Assembly: GCA_050186825.1 (NCBI GenBank)
Contig: JBFWYD010000031.1
Span: forward strand, 1-43,998
Direction: 5' to 3'
From: Planctomycetota bacterium
GTDB taxonomy: Bacteria > Planctomycetota > J058
DNA: 43,998 nt
Below are positions 16,487 through 28,880 of this stretch, one piece after another. Under the pieces are notes generated by a model. It was not told the origin of the DNA and did not search any database. It worked only from the letters and a program-made list of their open reading frames with translations. The first letter of the stretch is position 1, and every line of letters begins with the position of its first letter. The translations under genes were made by a program, and so were the position numbers.

Positions 16487-18429
16487 GTGCCCCGCTTCGT
16501 CCCCTGCCGGATCAGCCACCTCCTCGGCGAGCTGAGCGCGCTCCTGACCGAGCGCGACCGCGGGGCCTTCTACGCGCTGGCGCGCATCGTCGAGGCCTAC
16601 TACCACCACGCCGCCGGCGCCCAGACGCGCATGGCGGAGGAGCTCTACGCGCCCTTCGACCCCGACAGCGAGACCGTCCCGACCGTGGCCCCGCTCGGGG
16701 CCGACCCGGTCGGGCGGCTCTACGGCTGGCTGGACGGGCTGTTCGAGCGGGCCAACTTCGAGCGCGTCTCCCAGGACACGCTCCTCTCCGAGGCCGACCA
16801 GGAGGTGCTGACCACCTTCGAGATCGACCCCGACCTGCGCTCGGTCGAGCGCCTGGCCGTCTACGTGCGCGGGAGCGGGACCAAGGCCGTGCGCCTGCGC
16901 AAGGCCAAGGCCTTCTTCCGGCTCGAGGAGGCGGAGCAGCCCACCTACCGCCGCGTGGCGATCGTGGTCCGCACCGCGCACGACCCCTACGTGCTCCTGA
17001 AGATGTTCAAGGACGTGCCGCGCACCGACGTGGAGCTGCTGCTGCCCACCGTGCGCGTGAAGATGAAGCTCCTCGACAAGCTCAAGCTCTCGGGCACGGG
17101 CGGCGCCGCGGCGCTCTCGACCTGGAAGGTGCTCCGCCTCGCCTACACCTACGCGCCCACCATCACCAAGCTCCTGGCCGTCCCCTTCAAGCTGTTCCTG
17201 CTCCCGATCGCCTTCCTTGTCACGGCCTTCTACGGCGGCAAGACGGTCCTCGACTACGCCAAGATCCGCAGCAGCTACGTGACCGCGCTCGCCGAGCACC
17301 TCTACTCCATCACCCTCGCGAGCAACCGCGCCGTGCTCGGCCGCCTCGCCGCGCAGGCCGGCGAGGAGGACACCAAGGAGGCGCTGATCGCCTACGCGCT
17401 GCTGCTCGGCGCCCCCGAGGGGCTCTCCGCCGCCGCCCTGCGCGAGGCCGCCGAGGCCCTGGTCTGGGACCGCTACCGCGCGCGCGTCCGCTTCGACGTG
17501 GAGGACGCCCTGCGGAAGCTGAGCGAGCTCGAGCTGATCGAGCCGCTCGACGAGCAGCCAGGTGGCCCCGTGGCGCGCGCGGTCGACCTCGACGAGGCCC
17601 TTCGCCGCGTGGACAAGTCCTGGGACGACCTCTACAGCCCGCCGCCCCGCGAGACGCGGCTCTGGCGGCTGCTGCGGCGGAAGGAGCTCGCCGCGGGGGA
17701 GACTGCCGATTCGGAGGCGGTGACTGGCGAGGCGGAGGGATCAGGAGCTGCAGGGGCGGTTCAGCCCAGCGCAGCGGCGCAGAGGCGCGGAGACGCAGAG
17801 GGGCCCTCTCTGGAGCAGGCGCGCGACTCGGAGACGCCGGATTCGCAGGCGGCGGCTGCCGAAGCGGGGGGAACAGGAGCTGCGCAGGCGTTGGATTTCA
17901 GCGCAGAGATCGCAGAGAGCGCGGAGATCGCCAGGAGTGAGCGGAGGGGGGGCTCCGCAGCCCAGTCGGATCGGGACGAACGGACGGGCACGGGCACGGG
18001 CACGGGCACGGGCACGGGCATCCCAATGTCGAACTCGGACTCGGACTCGGACTCGCCCTCGGACTCGAAGTCGCGCCCTCGCCCACACCCACCGATCTCC
18101 GCGAACTCTGCGATCTCTGCGCTGAATAACAACGCTGTCGCACACCCTCGCGATCCCGGCCTCGCAACTCGCCCCGGCTCAGAGTCTCCGGCTTCGGCTT
18201 CGGACTCGGCCTCGGCCTCGGCCTCGGACTCGGACTCGGACTCGGTCCCGGACTCGGATTCGGATTCGGATTCGGATTCGGATTCGGCCTCGGCCTCGGC
18301 CTCGGACTCGGACTCGGACTCGGACTCGGACTCGGATTCGGATTCGGATTCGGACTCGGCCTCGAACTCGGACCCTGAAGCCGCGTCGGAAGACCCTGAC
18401 GACGTGCGGCCGATCCGGACGGTGCCGAG

Positions 18430-18433
<4 letters not shown>
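16487..18433 (+). CDS. DUF3754-like (TMEM143-like) membrane-associated protein. The core ends near nt 17700 and is followed by a ~240-aa low-complexity tail encoded by the second copy of the dispersed repeat
   Basis: The core of ~400 aa has a conserved-looking central hydrophobic hairpin (LLAVPFKLFLLPIAFLVTAFYGGKTVLDYAKIRSSYVTALAEHLYSITLASNRAVLGRL). The family call is from recollection only. The ORF continues stop-free through unit A, (GGGCAC)6 encoding TGTGTG, unit B and (GACTCG)n encoding (SD)n, to TGA 18431-18433, which overlaps the TTG start of the downstream kinase. Confidence 0.55.
17735..18400. repeat. composite dispersed repeat (copy 2): unit A (~17735-17950), inverted-repeat arms (~17897-17940 and ~18076-18127), (GGGCAC)6 (~17985-18020), unit B (~18073-18200), and a (GACTCG)n-type array (~18190-18370)
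   Basis: Direct nucleotide comparison with 10540-11430; the reading frame relative to the element is the same as in copy 1. Confidence 0.9.
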
Positions 18434-21621
<3,188 letters not shown>

Positions 21622-21635
21622 CAGACAGTTGACGC

Positions 21636-21661
21636 GCCGCGGGCGGGATCGGGCCCGCGGC
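21636..21661 (+). terminator. GC-rich hairpin (gccgcgggc gggatcgg gcccgcggc) 15 nt after the kinase stop, with no T-tract
   Basis: Perfect 9-bp inverted repeat with an 8-nt loop. Directly downstream, gaatagact is a weak -10-like element ahead of the histidine kinase GTG at 21680. Confidence 0.3.
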
Positions 21662-21679
21662 CGCGAATAGACTCGGGTC

Positions 21680-23620
21680 GTGCGACCTGGCGGGCTGCGG
21701 CTGGTGTTCCTCCTCACGGTGCTCCTGCCCGTGGCCGGGCTGGCGGCCCTGGGGGCCCGCGCGATCCAGCAGGAGGAGGCGCTCCTGGCGCAGCGCGAGG
21801 CGCAGCGCGCGGACGAGCTGGCCCACGCGGTGCGCGCGGGCGTGCGCCAGCTCCTGCTCGACGAGGCCCGCCAGACCCACACCCGCCTGCGCGAGGCGCT
21901 GGCCGCCGAGGAGGACCTAGAGGCCGTGCTCGCGACCCCGCGCCTCGGCCTGGCCCTGGTCGTGGACGGCGGGCTCGAGCAGCTCGCGCCGCGGCGCCCC
22001 TGGCGGGGGGGGGAGCTCGACCTGCCGCCCGCGGCCGACGAGCTGGGGCCCGCGCTCGCGCTCGAGCAGGCCGGGCAGCGCGCCGAGGCGCTGGCCGCCC
22101 TGGACGGGCTCGGGCTCGACGACCTGCCGTCCGCGCGGAACCTGCGCGCGCGGCTGCTGCTCGCGCTCGGCCGCACCGACGAGGCGCTGGAGTGCGACCG
22201 CTGGCTCGCGGCCCAGCCCGCGACCGGGGGCTACCCCCTGGCCTGGATCGCGCTCGAGCGCCGCGTCGACGCGCTGCTCGCGGCCGGCCGCCGGCTCGAG
22301 GCCGCGAGCGAGGTGGACGCCGGGCTACGGCGCGTGCTCCAGGGCGAGGCGGGGGCCTCGAGCCCGGGGGCCTGCGCCGCCCTGCTCGAGCGCCTGGGCG
22401 CGCGCGGGCGCGAGCTCGGCGTCTACGGCGGCCTGCTGCGCGAGGCGACGGCCCGCCAGCGCGAGGCGCGCGCGGCCGCGGAGCTCGCGGCCATCGGCTC
22501 GCTCGCCCAGGCCGAGGACCTCGACGCCCTGGACGCGCGCTTCGCCGCCGCGCCGCGCCGCGACGGGGTGCTGGTGCTCGGCCCCGAGGTCGAGGTCGCC
22601 GGCGGCGCGCGCCGCGTGGTGCTCGCGGTCTCGGGCGAGGAGCTGCGCGGTCGCCTCGAGCAGGTGGCCGCCGAGCGCAGCGGCGTGGACCGCGAGGCCT
22701 TCCGCGTGCGCCTCGAGGCCGGCGGCCCCGAGCCGCTGACGCGCGGGGCCGCGCTGGCGGTGAGCGTGGTCCCCACCGGCGACGCCTTCAGCGAGGAGCT
22801 CGCCCGGCGGCGCACGCTCCAGCGCCTGTCCCTGCTCGGGCTGCTGGTGGTGGTCGTGGCCGCGGGGGCCTTCGCGACCTACCGCGGGCTGCAGCGGAGC
22901 GCCGAGCTGGCGCGCGTGCGCTCGGACTTCGCCGCGAGCGTGACCCACGAGCTGCGCACGCCCCTGACCTCGATCCGCGCCATGGCCGAGATCCTCAGCC
23001 TGGGGAAGGTCAAGGACCCCGACCGCCAGAGCCGCTACTTCTCGGCGATCGCCGAGGAGAGCCAGCGCCTGGGCCGGCTGATCGAGGACGTGCTGACCGT
23101 GTCGCGCGTCGAGCGCGAGGGCTTCCGGGTGCAGCTCGCGCGCGCGGCCCCGGTCCCGGCCGTGCGGCGGATGGTCGAGGCCTTCCAGGCCTCCCCGGTC
23201 AGCCGCGGCCTGCCGATCGCGCTCGAGGCCGAGGCCCAGACCCCGAAGGTGCTCTGGGACGAGCACCTGATCGAGCGCGCGCTCACGAACCTGCTCGTGA
23301 ACGCGATCAAGTACGGCGGCGACCTCCCCGGGATCCGGGTCACGGTCAAGGCCGCGCAGCGCGAGTCCTGGGGGGTGGAGCTCGCGGTGCACGACCGCGG
23401 GCCAGGGATTCCGGAGGGCGAGCAGGAGCGGGTCCTGCGCCCCTTCGAGCGCGGGCAGGGGGCCGACAAGAGCAAGCCCGGCGCCGGGCTGGGGCTCGCG
23501 ATCGTGCGCGGGATCGTGGACGCCCACGGCGGCCAGCTCTCGCTCGAGAGCGCGCCGGGGCGCGGGACCACCTTCACGATCTGGCTGCCGGCGGTGGCGG
23601 GGGGGCTGACCCGGGGATGA
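21680..23620 (+). CDS. sensor histidine kinase (two TM segments, periplasmic sensor domain, HisKA plus HATPase_c)
   Basis: N-terminal TM (LVFLLTVLLPVAGLAAL) and a second TM (LSLLGLLVVVVAAGAFATY). H-box FAASVTHELRTPLTSI. N-box LIERALTNLLVNAIKYG. G1 box HDRGPGIP. G2 box GAGLGLAIV. Confidence 0.85.
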   Translation: MRPGGLRLVFLLTVLLPVAGLAALGARAIQQEEALLAQREAQRADELAHAVRAGVRQLLLDEARQTHTRLREALAAEEDLEAVLATPRLGLALVVDGGLEQLAPRRPWRGGELDLPPAADELGPALALEQAGQRAEALAALDGLGLDDLPSARNLRARLLLALGRTDEALECDRWLAAQPATGGYPLAWIALERRVDALLAAGRRLEAASEVDAGLRRVLQGEAGASSPGACAALLERLGARGRELGVYGGLLREATARQREARAAAELAAIGSLAQAEDLDALDARFAAAPRRDGVLVLGPEVEVAGGARRVVLAVSGEELRGRLEQVAAERSGVDREAFRVRLEAGGPEPLTRGAALAVSVVPTGDAFSEELARRRTLQRLSLLGLLVVVVAAGAFATYRGLQRSAELARVRSDFAASVTHELRTPLTSIRAMAEILSLGKVKDPDRQSRYFSAIAEESQRLGRLIEDVLTVSRVEREGFRVQLARAAPVPAVRRMVEAFQASPVSRGLPIALEAEAQTPKVLWDEHLIERALTNLLVNAIKYGGDLPGIRVTVKAAQRESWGVELAVHDRGPGIPEGEQERVLRPFERGQGADKSKPGAGLGLAIVRGIVDAHGGQLSLESAPGRGTTFTIWLPAVAGGLTRG

Positions 23621-24336
23621 GCGCGCGGATCCTGATCGTCGACGACGAGCCGCACGTGCTCGAGCCCCTGATCGACTTCTTCCTGGCCGAGGGCTACCAG
23701 GTCACGGGCGCGCGCGACGGGCAGCAGGCCCTGGACCTGGCGGCCGCGCAGCCGCCCGACCTGGTCCTGCTGGACTGGATGCTCCCCGTGATCGACGGGA
23801 TCGCGGTGTGCCGCGAGCTGCGCCGCCGCCACCCCGCGCTGCCGATCGTGCTCCTGACCGCCAAGGACGCCGAGGGCGACCGCGTGGTCGGCCTCGACTC
23901 GGGCGCCGACGACTACGTGGCCAAGCCCTTCGGGATGCTCGAGCTCAACGCGCGCGTGCGCGCGCACCTGCGCCGCGTGCGCCGGACCAGCTCCTCCGGC
24001 CGCAACCCCGCCGCCCGCGAGCCGAGCGAGGTGGTGATCGGCCCCTGCCGCCTCGACCGCGTGGCGCGCGTGGTCACCCGCGAGGGCGTGGACGTCAAGC
24101 TCTCGGCCATGGAGCTCAAGCTGCTCGAGTTCCTGGTCGCGCACGCCGGCCAGGTGATCCCGCGCGACCGGCTGCTGAACGAGGTGTGGGGCTACGAGCG
24201 CTACCCGAGCACACGCACCGTGGACACGCACATCTGGAAGCTGCGCCAGAAGCTCGAGCGCGACCCCAACGACCCGCGCCACTTCCTGACCGTGCACGGG
24301 ATCGGCTACCGCTTCCTGCTCGGCGGCGGCGCGTGA
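23617..24336 (+). CDS. OmpR/PhoB-family response regulator (REC plus winged-helix DNA-binding domain)
   Basis: 239 aa. The REC domain has the conserved Asp pocket (ILIVDDE ... LVLLDWMLP ... LTAKD). The C-terminal winged helix has LSAMELKLLEFL....V.RD.L...VWG and TVDTHIWKLRQKLE...FLTVHGIGYRF. The ATG overlaps the histidine kinase stop (ATGA). Confidence 0.9.
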   Translation: MSARILIVDDEPHVLEPLIDFFLAEGYQVTGARDGQQALDLAAAQPPDLVLLDWMLPVIDGIAVCRELRRRHPALPIVLLTAKDAEGDRVVGLDSGADDYVAKPFGMLELNARVRAHLRRVRRTSSSGRNPAAREPSEVVIGPCRLDRVARVVTREGVDVKLSAMELKLLEFLVAHAGQVIPRDRLLNEVWGYERYPSTRTVDTHIWKLRQKLERDPNDPRHFLTVHGIGYRFLLGGGA

Positions 24337-24373
24337 CCGCGCGCGCTCCCGAGGCCGTCGCGCGGGCGACGTC

Positions 24374-27300
24374 ATGAGGCCCTGGCCGGCCGCACTCGCC
24401 TACGCGGCGCTGCTCGCGCTCCCGGCCGCGGCGCAGCCCGCGGCCCAGGACCCGCTCGAGCGCTTCGCGGACGCGCTCCGGCGCGAGGCGGGCGAGGGGA
24501 AGCTGGCCGAGGCGCTCGCGATCTACCAGGCCCTCGCCGAAGACCCGACCACGCCCGCGGGCCTGCGCGCCCGCGCGCGGCTGCGCGCGGCGGCCTGCCT
24601 GGCGCAGCTCGGGCGCAAGGAGGAGGCGACCGCCATCTACGAGGAGCTGGCCCGCCGCGCGAGCGAGCCCGCCCGCCAGCGCGCCCAGGCCCGGGCCGCG
24701 CTCGAGGCCCTGCGGGTCGGCGGCGAGCTCGACCTCGCCCTGCGTCAGGACCGCGCCGGCAACCACGCCGCCGCGCAGCAGCTCTACTCGCGCCGGCTCA
24801 AGCGCCTGCCCGAGGACGCGCGCGGCTGGCTGCTGCGCGGGATCAGCCGCTACGCCGCGGGCGACCACGAGGGCGCCCAGGACGACCTCGAGCACGCGCT
24901 CGGGCTCAAGCCCCGCTGGTCGGTGGCCCTGCTCTGGCGCGCGCGCGCGGCGGCCGCGGCCGGCGACGACGAGCGGGCCGAGCGCGACCTCGACGCCGCG
25001 GTGACCCTGCGTCCGATGCAGCCCGAGGGCTACCTCGAGCGCGGTCGCTGGCACGCGAGCCGCCAGCGCTTCGACCTGGCCCAGCGCGACCTGGACCTGG
25101 CGCTGCGCCGCGACCCGGCCTGCCACGAGGCGCGGCTCGAGCTCGGGCGCCTGCACCTGGCGCGGCTCGACCTCGAGGCCGCCCGGCGCGAGCTGAGCGC
25201 CGTGGCGCGCCCTCGCGGCGCCGCCCCGCGGGCCGCGAGCGCGGCCCTGCTCGAGCTCGGCTGGCTGCTCGAGGCCGAGGCCGACCCGGTCCTGGCCCGC
25301 CTGGCCGCCGAGGAGCGCCTGGCCACGGCGGACGGCGCCGAGCACGAGGCCCCCCTGGCCGCGCTCCGGCGCGAGGCGACGCGCGCGGCGCTCCGGGCGG
25401 CCGAGTCGTCCTTCCGGCTCGCGCTCGAGCTCGACCCGAGCGCGATCGAAGCGGAGCTCGGCCTGCTCGAGCTGCGCGTCACAGCTCTCGAGGCCGCGCG
25501 CGCGGACGCGGGCCACGACGCGCAAGGCGGGGCGGAGCAGCCCTTGACCGCGACGATGCCGGCGGCATCGCCGGGCGCGCCGCGGCCGCAGGGATCGCCG
25601 GGCGCGCCGCGACCCGCGGGAGCCCCCGACGGGCGGCGACCCGAGGAGGGCCCCCACGCGCCGCGACCCGCGGGAGCGCCGGGCGCGTCGCGAGCCACGG
25701 GCGACCTCGCCGGCCCATCGCCTGGACCGGCGGGTCCCGCGATCGACGGCCGCGGCGGCGCGACGTCGCGCGACGAGCCGGGCGACACGTCGGGACCCGC
25801 CGCGTTCGGCGGCTCGGGCCTGGAGCCGTCGGCGGCGCTCGAGTCGCTGACGCGTAGGCTGGACGGGCTCTCGCCCTGCTCCCTCGACGAGCCGGAGGGA
25901 GAGGGCTGGCCGCTGCGCTGCGCGGAGCGGCGTCCGCTGCGCGAGTGGCGCGCGCGCGCCCTGCGGCTGCTGGCCCGCGCCCGCGCGCTGACCCACGACG
26001 TCCCGGGCGAGCGCGCCGCCTGGGAGCGCCTGCTCGCGCTCGACGCCCACGACCCCGCCGCGCTGGCCTGGCGCGCGCGCGGCGAGCGCGACCCGACCGC
26101 CCGCGCGCTGGCCGCGCGCGAGGCGCGCGACGCCGCGCAGGACGAGGCGCGCGCCGAGGGCCGCTGGCTGGCGCGCGCGCGCATCCGCTCGCGCCGCGCC
26201 CAGGGGCGCCGACTCCGCGCCGAGGAGCGCGCCGCGCTCTGGGCCTGCGCCCGCGCCTGGTCCGCGCTCCCCGGCGACGGCGAGGCCTTCCTGCTCGCGG
26301 CGCGCCTCACCGAGCGCGCGGGGCGCCGAGACCTCGCCCTCGAGCTCTCGCGCCGCGCCTGCGCCGCGGATCCGGACGCTCCCTCCGCCTGGGCATACCG
26401 CGGCCACCTGCTGGGCGGCGTGTCGCCCGCTCCCCACGCATCGCGCGACCCGAGCGCGACGGCCCCCGCGCACCTCGGCCCCGCGCACCTCGACCCCGCG
26501 CACCTCGACCCGCACGGCCCGCGCGACCCGACCCACGCGAAGCGCGACCCGAGCGACCCGAGCGACCCACGCGATTCCGGCGCGCCACCCGCGCTGCGCG
26601 ACCCGAGCGGCCCAGCTGCCCAAGGGGTCGCGCAGCGCGATCCGGCCGAGGCCGCGCGTTGCTACGACCGCGCGCTGGAGCTCGCGCTCGCGCAGTCCGC
26701 AGGCGCGCTCGACGCGTCCGCCGTCGAGGCCCTCGGCGGCCGCGCCCAGCTCCGGCTCGGCGCCCCCGACACCCGCGCCGCCGCGCGCGCGGACCTGCTG
26801 CGCATCCGCGACGGGGTCCCCCAGGACCTCGCGCCCCTCGACCCCTGGACCCTGCTCACCTGGCGGCGCGCCCTCGAGCTCCTGGCCGAGCTCCAGGCGA
26901 GCCCGCAGGACGAGGCCGAGCGCGCCCGCACCGCGGCTGCGCGCGAGCGCGTGACCGCGGCGATCGCCGCCCGCGCGCGCGCCGAGCTGCGCCGCGCCGA
27001 GCAGGCCGAGGCCAAGCTGGACTACCTGGGCGCGATCCGCGCCTACGAGCGCGTGCTCGCCCTCGACCCCGACGACGCCGAGGCGCATCGCGGCCGCGGC
27101 CAGGCGCATCTGCGCGCGGGCGACCTCCTGCTCGGCGCCCTGGACTTGTCGCGCGCCGCGCAGCTCGACCCGCGCCAGGGCCAGGCCCTGCTCGAGCGCG
27201 TGCGCCACGTCTCGCAGGTCGCCGACCTCGAGCGCGTCCTGCACGAGGCGACGGAGCTGGTCGAGTCGCTGCCCGAGGTGCCCGCCGCCCACCTCCTGCG

Positions 27301-27754
27301 CGGCCTCCTGACCCTGGCCCGCGCCGAGCTCGGCCGCGTCGGCCCCACCGACCTCGTCCAGGGGATCGCCGCCCTGGACCGCGCCCTGACCCTCGACCCG
27401 CGCTTCGTCCTCGCGCGCATCTGCCGCGGCAGCCTCGAGGAGGAGCTCGCCCGCCGCGGCGGCCCCGAGGCCCCCGCGTGCGCCCAGCGCGCCGACCGCG
27501 ACTTCGCCGCCGCCGAGGAGCTCTACCCCGCCGGCTGGCTCGCCCCCGCCCGCCGCGCCGCCCTCGCCGCCCGCGCCGCCGCGCGCCCCGAGCTCCCCGC
27601 CCGCGAGCGCGCGGCGCGGAGGACGCGGGCGCTCGAGCACCTGCGCCGCGCGGTGACCCGCGGCCTGGACCTCCAGGCGTGGCTCTCTCGCGAGACCGCC
27701 GCCGCGGCGGCCCTGAGCGGCCCGGAGCTGGAGGCGCTGCGCCGTCCGCGCTGA
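24374..27754 (+). CDS. secreted or lipoprotein-like TPR-repeat protein (1126 aa) with two internal low-complexity Pro/Gly/Ala/Asp segments
   Basis: N-terminal signal peptide MRPWPAALAYAALLALPAAAQPAAQDP. Many TPR-like 34-residue units (W..RG.....G....A..DL..AL.L.P). Low-complexity inserts occur at ~aa 395-480 (PGAPRPQGSPGAPRPAGAPDG...) and ~aa 690-760 (HLGPAHLDPAHLDPHGPRDPTHAKRDPSDPSDPRD). Confidence 0.65.
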   Translation: MRPWPAALAYAALLALPAAAQPAAQDPLERFADALRREAGEGKLAEALAIYQALAEDPTTPAGLRARARLRAAACLAQLGRKEEATAIYEELARRASEPARQRAQARAALEALRVGGELDLALRQDRAGNHAAAQQLYSRRLKRLPEDARGWLLRGISRYAAGDHEGAQDDLEHALGLKPRWSVALLWRARAAAAAGDDERAERDLDAAVTLRPMQPEGYLERGRWHASRQRFDLAQRDLDLALRRDPACHEARLELGRLHLARLDLEAARRELSAVARPRGAAPRAASAALLELGWLLEAEADPVLARLAAEERLATADGAEHEAPLAALRREATRAALRAAESSFRLALELDPSAIEAELGLLELRVTALEAARADAGHDAQGGAEQPLTATMPAASPGAPRPQGSPGAPRPAGAPDGRRPEEGPHAPRPAGAPGASRATGDLAGPSPGPAGPAIDGRGGATSRDEPGDTSGPAAFGGSGLEPSAALESLTRRLDGLSPCSLDEPEGEGWPLRCAERRPLREWRARALRLLARARALTHDVPGERAAWERLLALDAHDPAALAWRARGERDPTARALAAREARDAAQDEARAEGRWLARARIRSRRAQGRRLRAEERAALWACARAWSALPGDGEAFLLAARLTERAGRRDLALELSRRACAADPDAPSAWAYRGHLLGGVSPAPHASRDPSATAPAHLGPAHLDPAHLDPHGPRDPTHAKRDPSDPSDPRDSGAPPALRDPSGPAAQGVAQRDPAEAARCYDRALELALAQSAGALDASAVEALGGRAQLRLGAPDTRAAARADLLRIRDGVPQDLAPLDPWTLLTWRRALELLAELQASPQDEAERARTAAARERVTAAIAARARAELRRAEQAEAKLDYLGAIRAYERVLALDPDDAEAHRGRGQAHLRAGDLLLGALDLSRAAQLDPRQGQALLERVRHVSQVADLERVLHEATELVESLPEVPAAHLLRGLLTLARAELGRVGPTDLVQGIAALDRALTLDPRFVLARICRGSLEEELARRGGPEAPACAQRADRDFAAAEELYPAGWLAPARRAALAARAAARPELPARERAARRTRALEHLRRAVTRGLDLQAWLSRETAAAAALSGPELEALRRPR

Positions 27755-27809
27755 ACAGGATTGCATGGAGAGAAAACCTGCTCGCTCGCCTGCGCGCCTG
27801 CGAGCGTGT

Positions 27810-28493
27810 CTACGACCGCAGCTCGCACCAGCGCTCGACGATCTGGCCGGCGCGGACGATCGCCACGCCCGCGCGACCTCTGAGCGAGTCCCACCCGCCT
27901 TCGTCCCACTCCCAGAGCTCGTCTCCCCCGAGCATGCGCGCTGCGATCTCGGCGGCGCGCTCCCTCACGCGCATGGAGTCCGCCGCGAGGCCCAGGCGTC
28001 GCACGCAGAACTCGGCGTAGGTGGTCTGGCGCAGGAGGACCTGGCACAGCTCCGTGTGCTCATGCACCCACACCTCCCGGGCCTCCCAGCACCGAGCGCA
28101 GCCGACTTGCTCCCCAGCCGCGAAGGGGAAGGCGCGATCACGAGCCTGCTGAAGCTCCTTCGTGTCGCGGATGGGTGGCGGGAATCCGGACTGCTCCCGG
28201 AGGACCTGATCGTGTACGTCGCAGACTCGGAAGAGATCGAGGACTCCGGCAGGTGAGGTCTCGGCAGTGGGGACCTCGCTGACGAACGAGCACCACAGGC
28301 GCTCCTGCCAGAAGAGAAGGGCTCCCTTCTCCCGGCAGGGGCCATTGGCCGCCCGCACGAACCTCCGGTAGTCGTCAGGACCGACGAACGCGCGGAACTG
28401 CGCTCGAATGGCTTCGGGCTTCACGAACACCTCGGACAGGGCCGCGCTTGGCCGCAGCCTAGCTCGAGCCGGTAGGTCCGCCGACGCGACCAT
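27810..28493 (-). CDS. hypothetical Cys/Trp-rich protein (227 aa) in a locally lower-GC patch
   Basis: ATG at 28493-28491 (M56 of the tracker ORF). The protein-like sequence (MVASADLPARARLRPSAALSEVFVKPEAIRAQFRAFVGPDDYRRF...CREKGALLFWQERLWCSF...CARCWEAREVWVHEHTELCQ) has 8 Cys and 8 Trp. Local GC (~65%) is clearly lower than the flanks. Confidence 0.4.
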   Translation of the reverse strand: MVASADLPARARLRPSAALSEVFVKPEAIRAQFRAFVGPDDYRRFVRAANGPCREKGALLFWQERLWCSFVSEVPTAETSPAGVLDLFRVCDVHDQVLREQSGFPPPIRDTKELQQARDRAFPFAAGEQVGCARCWEAREVWVHEHTELCQVLLRQTTYAEFCVRRLGLAADSMRVRERAAEIAARMLGGDELWEWDEGGWDSLRGRAGVAIVRAGQIVERWCELRS

Positions 28494-28880
28494 GCTGGTC
28501 GCACGTGCGACGCCCTCGCCGAAGCTTGTCACTCTCCTTGCGGAGGAGCGCCCGAGCGGCCGCGCCGGCGGATGAGACCAGGTGCAGGGCGGTGTCTTCG
28601 TTTCCCGGAAATGAGCTGTCTCTCCGTCCCTGAGCGCAGACGCGATCCAAGTGGGCAAGCCCCGAGCTGCTCAGGGCTCCCGTCGCGGCATGAGCTTCGT
28701 AGCCGTTGCTCACGGCCCAGCCATTGCATTCTGGGTGCCCCGGGGGGGGCCGAGCTCACCCCCTGCAATCGACACGCCCAGCCGCAGGCACAGCCTGGAG
28801 CAGCGCTTCTGGCATCGGATCGCTGAAGGCGCGCTGGGGAGAGCCCGGGAGTCCGGCGTGCGGAAGCCGCACGCCTTCGC

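Noticed and set aside
13055-17940. Giant ORFs 13055..17299 (-, 1414 aa), 13531..15513 (-), 13816..17940 (+, 1374 aa), 15636..15938 (+), 16209..16535 (+)
   Set aside because: Alternative frames or strands over the DUF4340-like, esterase and DUF3754-like genes. They are Arg/Gly/Pro/Ala homopolymer-like and cross clear gene boundaries. The called genes carry real motifs (GSSLGG esterase elbow, CBM48 block).
22192-23616. Upstream 475 codons of the tracker's 714-aa ORF that ends with the response regulator
   Set aside because: The response regulator starts at ATG 23617 (an ATGA overlap with the histidine kinase stop). The upstream part is an alternative frame of the histidine kinase gene, and the histidine kinase frame has the H, N, G1 and G2 boxes.
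24116-28020. ORFs 24116..27766 (-, 1216 aa), 25030..26310 (-), 25945..28020 (+, 691 aa), 26307..27420 (-) over the TPR gene
   Set aside because: Antisense or alternative frames. The TPR frame has a signal peptide and regular 34-residue repeats.
28494-28880. Possible small ORFs or ncRNA in the 390-bp gap (28459..28713 -, 28529..28768 -, 28572..28826 +, 28651..28935 +, 28706..28924 +)
   Set aside because: Five mutually overlapping short ORFs, none with RBS or motif support. No convincing hairpin or terminator structure was seen. The region is flagged as a finding rather than annotated.
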